A stretch of DNA of 64,000 bases from Zancudomyces culisetae HAW-14-8 (lineage: Eukaryota > Fungi > Kickxellomycota), in the NCBI GenBank assembly GCA_052426225.1, contig JBNJNM010000011.1:124001-188000 (forward strand). Direction: 5' to 3'. Shown here piece after piece: positions 39,601-51,700 of this stretch. Below the pieces are notes generated by a model. The model made no database searches. It saw nothing but the letters and a program-made list of their open reading frames with translations, and had not been told where the DNA came from. A program made the position numbers and the translations under genes. How positions within the stretch are numbered: the stretch's first letter is position 1; each line of letters starts with the position of its first letter.

Positions 39601-40652
39601 TCATGATAAAACACGTACAGTGCGGCTCATTGTGCTACACAGGCTGTTTGTTGCTTTCTGATTGAACCTTTAGTGATATGTATATATTTGAAATTTAGAG
39701 ATGTGAGTGATCAAAAGTAGAGGAAAAAAGGCATAGATTTTATTTTTTTTAGTTGTGGAGATAATGAATAATGTAGTTTAGCACCACAAGTACATGAGTT
39801 TAAAATAAGGAAAATGGAAGAGAGAGAGAGAGAGAGACTTACATTGGGCCCACTAGTACCTGTTCCATATCAAAAACGACGATTTTAAAGCAATAGCTTC
39901 CTGGATAATGAATTTTTAGGTTCTCAAATTCAAATAGAATCGCTCCACCATCTTGAAATCCTTCGGATACGGTATTTCCTTCGTAGAAAATAGAGCTACT
40001 ACACTCAATAAAACTAGAAACTTCCTCGCCATTTTCAAGCAAAAGACTCAAGTGAGCTACAAATACATTGCCCTCAAATTCGTCAGCTGGAACCGAACTA
40101 TTTTATCATTTGAATTTTCGTTATTATGTTACCTGTTACCTGTTACCTGTTTCTTGTTTATCTTTTTATTTTTGATAAAAAAGGTAGAGAAAAAAAAGGA
40201 AACGATGAAAGGTAAAAGCAAAGTTAATGTATATGTGTGTGTGTTCTATGAAAAAGTGAACACAGTTTATTCATCCTACAAGACAGAATGTATAAAAATA
40301 CGTCCAAAATACTTACTTTCCATCTGCATCGTTTATATCAAGCTGACATGCTATGGTAAACTGGCTTCCACGAGTAATACAGTCGCGAAAGTTTATAACG
40401 TTAATATTATACCTATATTTTAACGCGAATATATATAAATGTTAAAATTAATAAACAAGTGATCAGGTGTATTTAATAAATGTTTGGTTATTGTAAATTA
40501 TTGGTTTTTTATGTTAGTTTTAATATAGTATGTTATGTGATATATGCTATCGCCGAGAGTGACATCTACTCCTCTTCCACCTTCACCCGCTCACTTTTTC
40601 CATTTCCATTTCTTTTTTACTTTCTTTCTTTTTTACTTTCTTTCTTTTTTTA

Positions 40653-40684
<32 letters not shown>

Positions 40685-40865
40685 TTCATCCCTTTTATAC
40701 TCTCAGTTGTACAGCGATAGCGTCTTGGAATACCACCACTTATCTTTCCATTTACTTTAGGAGCGTCGTGGGATTTTAGTTAGTTTCAAAATAAATACAA
40801 GCGATAATAGTGTAATGATTACTGTTTATGTACCTAATACTCTCTAAAGAATAATCCACTTGCAT
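39601..40865 (-). CDS. Divergent, minimal velvet-factor-like protein, 149 aa; exons 40865-40834, 40412-40317, 40097-39843, 39667-39601
   Basis: Three GT-AG introns with consistent phases (450 nt total) give MQVDYSLESIRYNINVINFRDC...CQLDINDADG...FVAHLSLL...GNTVSEG...AILFEFENLKIHYPGSYCFKIVVFDME...LCSTMSRTVRVLS*. G..VS and F.F..L.I...G.Y..K..VF match the velvet core. Exon 1 is the least certain. Confidence 0.65.
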
Positions 40866-43510
40866 CTTTCATGGATAAAATTTATTTCATAGTAATCGAT
40901 ATATGAAGTATATACATCCGTACAAATTTTCCTCCAGCTATTTATAATTGTTTGTTGTCCGTGAGAAAGAAAAAAAATATGTGTGTGCGTGTGTATTTGT
41001 GTAAAGATGGTTCAGTTTGAAATATTTGGACTGTTAATGAGGAAAAATAATAAGTTGTTCATTTTATACCGGTTTTTTATTTTATTTTTATTTGCGTATT
41101 CTAGTTTTTTCAAGTATTGGTTTGTTATTTAGAAATGTAAAACTAAGAGGAACATGTTAAAAAGTAAAACAATCACAACACCCAAAAAAAAAGTTGAGCG
41201 TTTAGTCGTTTCATACTTGAAAGCTTTATCCGGAATAAATAACCTAATTCAGAAAGATTTAGAAATTTAAAAAAACCACATAGATGGAGTGTTTTGTAGG
41301 TAGCTTTCTGTATCGAATGAACATTTCCCTATCAAGCTACCTGATACAACAAAGTTACAAAAGCAACAAAAAGCTGAAAAAGGCAAATACCGCAGGTTAT
41401 TTTACAAATCGCTGAATATTTCATATATATGAAAAAAAAAACAAAAGAAAAAAAGGAGAGAAAAAAAAGCAAACGGAAAGGTTTTGCTATCAATAGTACA
41501 AAAGTAGGCTATCTTTTGTTATCACTAATCACCTATCTAGCTTTAGTAATCGTTGACACTGTCAACACTTCTCATTGAGCCAAAAGAATTTGTGGATCGG
41601 GTTACTAGAAATAGAGAATATGAATGTGAACGATAGTAATAAAAAAAAAAGTTAAAAAGTTGATGCACAAAAATTATAAAATGATTTTTTTTTGCAAAGG
41701 GATTTAAATGTAACCACATCATAAGGTAAACCACCAAAACAGGTCATGTAGTTCATAAAATACACATCATTATCCATTAATATAAGGTTATCGCTCTTTT
41801 ATACAATTCGCCACTGCTCGTTAGATAGTGGTTTTATGATGCCGACAACCTCCAAATATATTTATTTGTATAGTTTGGTTTGGTTAGACATTTCCGTAAG
41901 CAGTAGAAAAGCGATGAATTAATAAAATTTGTTTCACTTTTTTTATATTTCGTCTCTCCTTGATAGTATTGAGTTACAACCCCGAATTTGCTCATTTGAT
42001 TTCCGTAAACATTTGTAATAAAACAAGCTTTAGCACTGAAAAAAAATTAAAAAGTAGTGATTAAAAACCATAATTTATTGTTAATAATGTTAATAACGTA
42101 AACCTGGGTAAAATTGCCGATAGATTTTAGAGATTTATTAACGTGCACTAAAAAAAATAAAATCGGCGGAATTATTTTTCACTAATATTGCAACATCTCA
42201 CATTAGAGAAATAAAAAAGCCAACCAATCGACCCTCTTATGTATTGAAGAATAAAGCTGGATGTACTCATCACTTTCAAATTTTCCATATTGGTAAAAAA
42301 AGTAAATAGATAAAAAAAAACATGGGAGTTTACATTAATAAGGAAAAGTAGTTTGCGTCTTACAAACCTATTTTTGAGTTTTAGCCAATAGGCGTGAAAA
42401 ACCGTACAACTCATGAATAACTTGAAACTTTGGTTTAATTCGTAAACATCTCTGGTTACGTTCCACAAAAAAAATTTTTTGATTTCTAGATCAAATATTA
42501 ATTAAAATCGGAGTCTTGATTGCCAATTATTTGTAGGGACTAGAAATTTGTTTGTTTGTTTTAAATTACACTTTGATAAGTCCATGCATGCTAAAAGTGA
42601 GAAAAAAAGAGGAAAAAAAGCCAAAGCTTACACAAGTTAGTAAAATAGAAAAAGAGAATTAATAAACTAAATATATTTTTTCCCCATCTGCTTTGCCTCA
42701 ATAGAATTTTTTTTTGTGTTACTAGGAGGAAGAGGGGAGAGAGACTTTAAAGGCTGATGTATTACACCTCAAACCTCGTATATTGTACAGATTTTTTTTT
42801 TATCTGCCTATTTTCTTTTTAAGTATATCTTTGTGAATTTCTTTTATAAAAATTAAACAGAATTTACATTTGTCAATAAAGATTGGTTTGATGTACGCAA
42901 AAAAAAGCATAAACCTTTGCAAAAAAAACTCGAGTTGACATAAGAAAGAGAAAAAAAATCTAGTTTGGTGTATTGGATGTGATTTTTGAGAACTATAACA
43001 GGGTCACAAGAGCAACAGTGACATTTTCCCCCAGTATTTTGCGGTCTTTACAAATTTAGATAACTGATGAGAAAAAAAAAACACTAGAGATTTTCCAAAA
43101 AAGTATCAGGAACATGGTCACTTTGTATTGTGTTTTACAATATACAAGTTCAAAATATAAGGAATGGAAATGTTATTTATACTCTTTATCAAGAGATAAT
43201 AAAATGTATATGTATACGTGATTGAGATGCACATACAATCATTTACTTTTTCATTGATTAGCTGGTTATACACTACTCATTTCACATAAATAAAGAGAAT
43301 TTTAATTTATATAGGAATTACAACAGTATCCTGTCTGTTAAAAATGGCAATATTACAGGCGAACTCGTTAAAGATTTGTAAAATTAAAATTAATATTACA
43401 TTCCATAATCGATTCGCAGGTCTATTTATACTCTCAAAGGGAATAGACACTAAATAAATAGCTGTGATTATAAAAATGCGAATAATATAATTGCAAACAT
43501 ATTAGCAAAC

Positions 43511-43575
43511 ATTACCATTGAAATATTACCATTGAAATATTACCATTGGAATATTACCACTAGAAATTATCATTA
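43511..43575. repeat. 14-bp minisatellite (ATTACCATTGAAAT), about 4-5 copies decaying to the right
   Basis: attaccattgaaat attaccattgaaat attaccattggaat attaccactagaa attatcatta. Confidence 0.85.
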
Positions 43576-45706
43576 GACCATGAAAAAATTTAAAAATAAA
43601 ACCACGCAGTCATTCCTTCATTAATGATATCAATTTATTATGCCAGGATGGGGGATGGGATTTACACTGAATATTTGCTTTACAAACCGCAGCCGATTAA
43701 TATAATTTTATTTACAGTATATATATGACGTAAACATGATTAAATTACGCCTAAAGTCTTTCCTAATCAGAGAGAAAAACGTGGGCCATATATTGAGTGT
43801 TTTTGTTTTTGTTTTTGTTTATAATTTTGTTTGCAATTTTGTTTGCTTTTGGAAGGATAAAGGATAAGAGTAAGAGTAAAATAAGGAAAAAGGGGGCGTT
43901 GGGGGACCCATGGTAGCTTGCGACCTTCTATTTCAAAAGTGTAGGTATTAAAAAAAAGCTAGTTTTGGTGTAAAAGCTTGACAAAAAAATTTTTTTTTTG
44001 CAAATCACCAGATATAATTACGAGTAAATTATAAAATTTGTCACAAAGCAATTACATCTGGTTATAATTACGATTCTCATAATCTTGCTTTAGCAAAGAA
44101 ATGGTAAAAGATCTTTGTGGGTATAGTGAATATAAGGTTATCCGTATTAAGGCCTTGCTCTTTAATTTGATACCAAACAAGTAATTAAACACGCCAAAAA
44201 AAAACTGCACCTTCACAAACAAAAGCACCGTTTTGATAATTTTATTATTATTTTTACTTAAACTAATGTTAACGAAATGTAACAGTCACTTTTACCCATT
44301 CAAAGACCCACTCAAAGCCTCGCTTTAGAATGTGAGTAGGAGTAGGGTAGATTGTATAGTATGAACAATGAAACTGAAAATAGTTTTATCCTTAATTAGT
44401 AAAGCGGGAAAGAGAGAGAAGGAAGGAAATGTACCGGAGAATGAGATGGAGCGGGAACAGAAAGTAGGGTGGGGAGGGAAATAAAAAGACAGAAAGAAAT
44501 TATGAAGTGGCCACTAAAAAATAGCCAATCAATAAAACTACCCATTATTTGGATGTGAGCAATTTAGCACCACAATCAAAAAGTAACCTAATCTAAATGG
44601 TATTTGTGGGAAGTGAAGGGGGAGGGAGGGAGGGGGGAAGGTATTGGAAGTAATGAGTGGAGGTGAGAGAATGAGGGGGTAGATTTTCATAAATCAATTA
44701 AAAAATCTGTTAAATAGATGACATAAATGAATGTATTTTTTATTTATTGAAGTTTAGTTTTCATTTATTAAAAAAATTTATTGTCCCAGATATTTAGTAA
44801 TTAATATGAGACACAACAATCATCTGGATTTAAACTACGTCATCATGCAGAGCCATAAACAAAAATACATATCCATTGGTTCCATCCTAGAAAAATCTGA
44901 TTGTTGGGTATTGGTGAGAGTTGTATTTGATTATCCTATTTACCACTGGAAATAAAAGGTGGTATATTTTCCCCCCAGTAATTTTCTTTGTACAACGCTT
45001 TTGTTCAAAAAAGAATAATGCTCTTGCACGTAGATAAAGAATGCCTATAAAATAATAAACAATAAATTCTGGCCAATTCTGCCACTAAAGCACACCTAAT
45101 ATAGTAGAAAACCTTGAGTTCACTAAACACAAGTGCAAGGAGGGGGGGGGGGGGGGGAGTGGTGGGGAGAATAATCAAAAGAACATTGCACAAAAGGATA
45201 GAACGAGCTGGAGAGGGGAAAGATAAGAAGAAAAAGATGGAGCAATGAAGCGAATAAGCGAACGAAGCAAAAAAAGAAAGAGATAGATAAAGAGAGGTCA
45301 AAAAAAATAAAGGAGGGGTTGGCTTTTGTTGCGAACATATTTAATTCGAAATAAGCGATACGAGTTTTTGCAGAAAAGATAAGAGTTTTAAATAAGAATG
45401 ATATTGTGTGGGATAATTTACAGTTTCCTCAAAAGAAGAGTATTCGAATTTCGTAACGATTTCTCGAAAGAATTATAAATGTAAAAAAATATAAAGAGGA
45501 AAAAGAGAACAATAAAGTTATAAATGTGAAGATTCCCAATCTATGTACGTTGCAAGTGAAGAATTGTGTGTGTGTGTGTGTGTGTGTAAAAGGGTGGGAT
45601 TGGATATAGGGGATGATATTTATACATAGAGTACTGGCTTGAAAGAATAGAAAAAATCAAAATGATATTGGGTATATGAGTCAATTTATTAAATGAACAA
45701 AAATAC

Positions 45707-48700
45707 CTAGATAAAGATAAAGAAAAGAGCAAAGAAAATTAAATAGAATGAATAGTAGGAGTATGTTGTGGGTTTCAGAGCAGCATTTAATGGAACGGGT
45801 CTGATGGTGGTTATTTCTTTAAGAGATGATGCTATGGAGGAATTGAAGTGTTTTATTTCATCGAGACGGCTATCATAAGCCTGGAGAAACTCGGCTTTTT
45901 GTTTGCTAATAAAGGAGTCGAGTTGATTTTGATTGGCTGGAGGTTTGTAGTTTTGAGCCAACTCATCCCTTGTTGATCGGACCTCAATGGCGAGATTGGA
46001 TATTCTGGAGGAGGTTTTTTGAAGTAGGGTTTTGGAAGCATGGATATCCATGTCCAAATCCTTTCCGGGTTGATTTGGGAGTTCATTGAGGGAGTTGTAG
46101 TAGTTTATTTTTTGTACAAGGATATCAGCCTGGTGAAGATCAAGAACAACTTTATCATGGAGTTTATTGTAATCGTTAGAAATGGAATGTAATTTTTTTA
46201 AACGATTAGAGTAGTCGGATACCACTTGTATAGAAGCAACAGTGGGCATATCTTTCAGTAAAGTGGATATGTCTTTGGGTGAGGAACGGGGTTTTAGTAG
46301 TGGTTGGGCACCTTGACGTTTGATGAAGGATGAAGTGAATGTGCCATGAGATAAACCTGAGCGTAAAATGTTGTCTCTGAGTAATAATTCGGAAAAATTT
46401 TCAGCGACCATAATCTTGATTGCATCCAGTTGGCCGTTAATATTATTGAGAGTAGTGTAATTGACCTTAATATCATTATTTCCAAGAGTCTTGTAGCTTT
46501 CAAGTTCACCGGAAACCGATTTCAATAAAGCGCCACAATCTTCACAATAAGGCAACAAGTCTACTAGTTTATCTTTGTATAATTCAAACTTTCGCTTTAT
46601 CAATTGATGATAATACTCTACGGCTTTGGACTGAGCTTGGGGCATATTGATATTAAGCGATTTTAGAGTCTCAGGATTATTAAATAGTGTGGTGCACAAG
46701 GAGCGGGCAGAATTAATTTTTTCTTCAAAGTCAGTGGATGACTGTACTGAATAATTGGGGGGTTCTGATGGAATGGAAACTTGTATATTTTCATTGGAAA
46801 TATCGAGGAATGGAAGAGCAATATTAATGCCATAAAGTTCATCTGCTTTTTTAATTTTGGATTCCATATTCTTGATTGTTTTTGATAGTTTATCTTTTAT
46901 GTTATTTAACACATTGGTAAGGTCACTTAAAAGTGACAAAATTTTGCTAACTCGTTCAACTGAAATCGAGTTGATTTGAGAGAAATAGTTGTTAATGTTA
47001 GTAATCAATTCTTTAAATTCATTCTCCCTTTCCTTAACTTTATGTTTTATTTTTAAAAGTTCATTTCTGGAAATTTGCAGTTTATTTAAAGCAATTTTAA
47101 CATCCTCTTTTGACTTGGTTTCGATACTTTCTTTAATGGTTTTACAGTTAGTATCTACATCCAATATTTCTTTTTCAGCATTACTAATATTTTGGGTAAT
47201 TTGATCCATTATTTCCAAAAGTGAATCATGATATTTTCCAAATTCCAATATTTTCATGTAATCTTTGGCTGTAGAAATATAGTTTTGGATACTTGATTGA
47301 TTATTAGAATAGTGCGTAGGGTTATTCGAAAATCCAGCAAGTGCCTTCTGTAAGGATGTGAGTGCTAATTCATAGCCTTGAACAATGTTGCTGTAGTCTA
47401 GCTTTAGCGGCTTGGGAGCTGTTGCCTCTGTACCATCTATTAGGCTATTTCCAAATGTTATCAACTCGGGTATTTTCTTTGCGGTATTTTCTACTGCTTT
47501 TTCCAGCTTATCAAAATTTCCGAGATACGATTCAAATGAACTCTGATAGTTATTCACAGCAGTTTGAGAAACATCTACATCGTTTTGCAAATCATTATCA
47601 TCGAACCGCACATCAAGGTCTGGTTGATTCATTCTCCCCCCTTCAATGAAAAGTATTTTTTTAATTTTTTTTAATAGTGAACCGAGTCTAACTATTCGAC
47701 TTTGATCAGCTTTAAAAGGATCAATATTTCTACGCTGTCCATCTTTCTCCATTAGGTTTGACTCGATTTTCTTTGTAAACTGATCAATTTCAGAGTAAAT
47801 GTGAGAAAGTTCGTCCATAATACCATTAACAACCTGGATAATTTGGTTGCAAATAGCTAGAGCTCTTCCCATATCATTGAAAATTGGCTTTATTCCACTT
47901 GGAATTATATCGCCGTATAGTGTGAGAAGGGAAATGAATATAGGGTTATTTTTTTTGTAAAAGGTTACTAAATCACCAATGTCCTTCATGATGATTATTT
48001 TATTCTCGTTGTAATATGACCTATTCAATTCCGACAACTTTTCAAGTCTTTCCAACAGATCACCAGGATTCTTTATATAAGTAAAAATTGGTTTTATCTC
48101 ATCGGTGAGAGCACTAGATATAAAACCTTTGTTTCCATCTTTTGAAAGATTTAATATAAATTCCATAAAGTTGGTTTGGTCAAAATCCTGGATTCGTAAT
48201 AGTTGTGAATCATGGTATCTATGCTTAATAATAACTTCAGCAATATTCCTCACTGATTTTTCGCTATTTGATGACTTGATTTTCCCTACCGTACTGTTGA
48301 ATTTGTTCTGTATACTATTTACTAGTGCTATTTCGTTTTTTTTGTCACTATTGATGTCTTCATTGTCTAATTTAGCATCAAGTAACTCTTTATTAATATC
48401 GTCAAAGATGTCAGAGGGTGTGAGTGGCAGAGACGTGATTTTATTTTCTACACTTTTTTCTACTCGAACTGGATTTTTTCCTATTTCTTGCTCAACCTTT
48501 TTTATTAGTTCATTGATTTCATTTTTATTGTTGGTAATCGTTTTTGAATTCTCTGAAATTTTATTTTCAAGTTCTTTAAAACTAGTGTTCAAAGTGGTGG
48601 ATTCAATGTGATCATTAAAATACTTTTCAAAACCAGCACAGTTTTTGTAATCTTTCACTTTTTCATCAATCTGAGTTGCCATGTTGGAAAGAGTAGTATA

Positions 48701-51700
48701 ATAATACTTTGCTTTTATCAGGTCGTGTTTGAATTGATAGAGTTGGTTGATATCGCTCTCTGATTTTTGTCCCAATATTTTTTCGTTTTTCTTTCTTAGA
48801 TCATCCATTGTATCATATTCTAATAATTCTGTGTATAATTTTAAATACTTGTTAAGAATAGATTTTATTTTTGCATTGTTGATCATATTGCCCATTAGAC
48901 AGGCAGAGTTAGATTGTATGGTTGACTCAAATTTCCAAGTATATGAAAGGGGTTGCAAAGTATTTTTTATATCTTTAACAAGTCCCTCATTAAATGTTTG
49001 CTGGGATCCATTGTTTAGTGTATATTCGTAATGAATATGAGTGATATCATCATCAATAGTAACAGGTGTTTTAGGCTCATTTTTTATATCTTTTACAGGA
49101 CCATCACTAAATGTTTGCTGGGATCCATTAATTGAATTATAAATGTAATCATCAATATTATCAATATCAACATTATCATCAATATCGAAATCATTATATA
49201 AGTCATCAACTTGTTTATCCAAGACATTGGCTACACTATTTTTGATTCTTTCTTGAAGGTTAATTAATTTTAGATAACAATTCTTAAGTAGCAATTCAAT
49301 ATTTTTACTAAATTGTCCATAAGGTTCAGAATCCAATAATACCCATTTTTCGTTTTCACCAAGTGGTTCACAAAATTCGGGGTCATTTAAATAATCATCA
49401 TAATATTTACCCAGCTTTTTGTACATCTCATCTAGCTGCTTGTAAAATTCCATATCACCGAGTTGTTTATCATTTATCCTACCAACTAACAGACCCAGGC
49501 TATAACAAAGTTTATACATACCAAGAATTACCTCCTTCTTGCCCTCTTGTAGCTCTTTATAGTTAGCCACATTCTGTTTAAATACAGTTTCGAGCACATT
49601 AAAGGTATCATCTTTAATATTATTGATATACTTAGTTATTCCATTAATTATTTCTCCAAAGCTGATGATTTTTACGGATTCATTATTATCGTTGTAGGTA
49701 ATATCTTTACCACTTAACTTTGATATATCATTTTCTAAATCGAATACCAAATCGAGAGAATTTTCCATGGAGGTAATTGCATTCTCAACTATAGTAGCAC
49801 ACTCTGTTTTTTTATCATCAGTACATTCTATAAATGTAGTTAACGCTGTTTCTAACTCTTTTAATTGAGTATGTAGATCTAGATTCCCAAGAGCCACAAG
49901 TTTACTCAAGACACTATTAAAGCTTTTTAAACCTTGATTCACCTCTTTCAATCCATTATATTTTTTTACATTTGAAATAAAATAATCCAACTTATTTTTT
50001 AGATCGACTTTGAATTTTAAACTCTTTTTTACACACTCTTCATATTTTTTAACGGCATACACGAACCTTCTGTTGTTCTCATTCAAATCACTCATTTTTT
50101 TAAATTCAGTATTGGCCTTACTGATCAATTTGATTAAAGTCTGGATTTTCGTTGTCTCTGGTTTACCATCTCCGTTGTAAAATTTTGTACCGTCTATATT
50201 TTTAGCAATCACCTTCAGTGCATTTTTATAATCTGTTAGTCTTGCATTGTTTGATACGAGATTAGCTAACAATGCCTCTCCTTTCTCTGAGATATCACTA
50301 GCAGCTTCTCTTATATCGGTTACACGTGATTTTAAGGTTTCTAACTTGTGTTCTGGAAATTTTGATATAACATCTAGAATTTTTTTGGCATTAGTCACAA
50401 TACCTGTTGGTTGATCAAGCGATTTTGCTGGTAATTGTTTTTTATTATCAGATTCTTCAAGATAACTAACATACTGTTTCCAATCGCAAACCAATTCTTT
50501 ATATCTTTCATAAATACTCCTTAATTCATTCGCTTTATCACTCTTTTCTTTTATCTTTTTATAAGAATCTCCTTGAACTGAACCTTCCCCAAATGCACCA
50601 TCAAAAAGTTTAATCTCAGAATCTATTTTACCATATTCTTCATTAAACAGTTGGAGTTCTTTTTCACATTTGCTTGCATCAGGCTCTCCATCCAATGAAT
50701 CTATTTCGCACTTTAAATACTCGTTATGTTTCTCGTCAAAACTCTTTGCAATATCCGAATCAAGTCCATTTGCCACAAAATCAAATATATTCTCCAGCTT
50801 AAAATCATTTTTCTTCAGGTTTTCACTGTTATATACCAAGTTGCTCCTAAACTTTTTGAGATTATCTGTAGAGAAGTATTCCTTTTCATCATGAAGAACA
50901 TCTAGTGCTGTATCCTTGATAATATCTTTAAACCTCTTCTTGCTTTTTAATTCATACAACCTCGATAGTTTTTTACCGCTCTTTTGAAGTGTTTCCAAGG
51001 TTGTGTTACTTTTCAAAAGTGCCTTATAGCCATCAAAAACCGAATCAAAATCTCTGAGCCCCGCAATATCTATCCACTCACCAATAACGGTAATAAACTT
51101 GTACTTGTCCCTGTAACAGTATAAACCAGCCATATTAACAATTTTTCTTATATTAGCCAAAAGTGGCGTGTTTTCACCTCCAAGGTCGTATTTTACTTTG
51201 AATATTTCGATTTTTTTGCATATTCGGTTTATTTCTCCCTCAAGCATACCAAGTTCGACAATTTTTTTTGCTGCTTTCATTGCTGCTGTTTGTTTATCCA
51301 TAGTTGTCTGACTTGTAAATTCCTTTAGCGTATTCAACAGATCGACTTTGGTGGCCGCGCAGTTCACATTCAAACCATCGGATTCCTGTTTTAAGTCAAT
51401 GTATTCGTTCAAAAATTCTTGAAGCAAACGTGCGTCTTTATACAAAGCAACCTCTTTTCGGAAAGTATCCAGCGTCACCTTATTAATTCTTGTCTTTTTA
51501 TCATTGAGTATGCTTCCTAAAACTCTATCGTTCTTGTTACCCCCTTTGAACTGGTATAAAGTTTCATCCAGGTATAATGCATTTTCAAATACTTTTTTCC
51601 TGTTTCTGGTTAATATATCTTTTAACACCAAAAGCTGTTTCTTTGGCTTATCAATTTCAAAAGCATTCATGTAATTGTTAATTAGAGCTGAAAACCCGCT

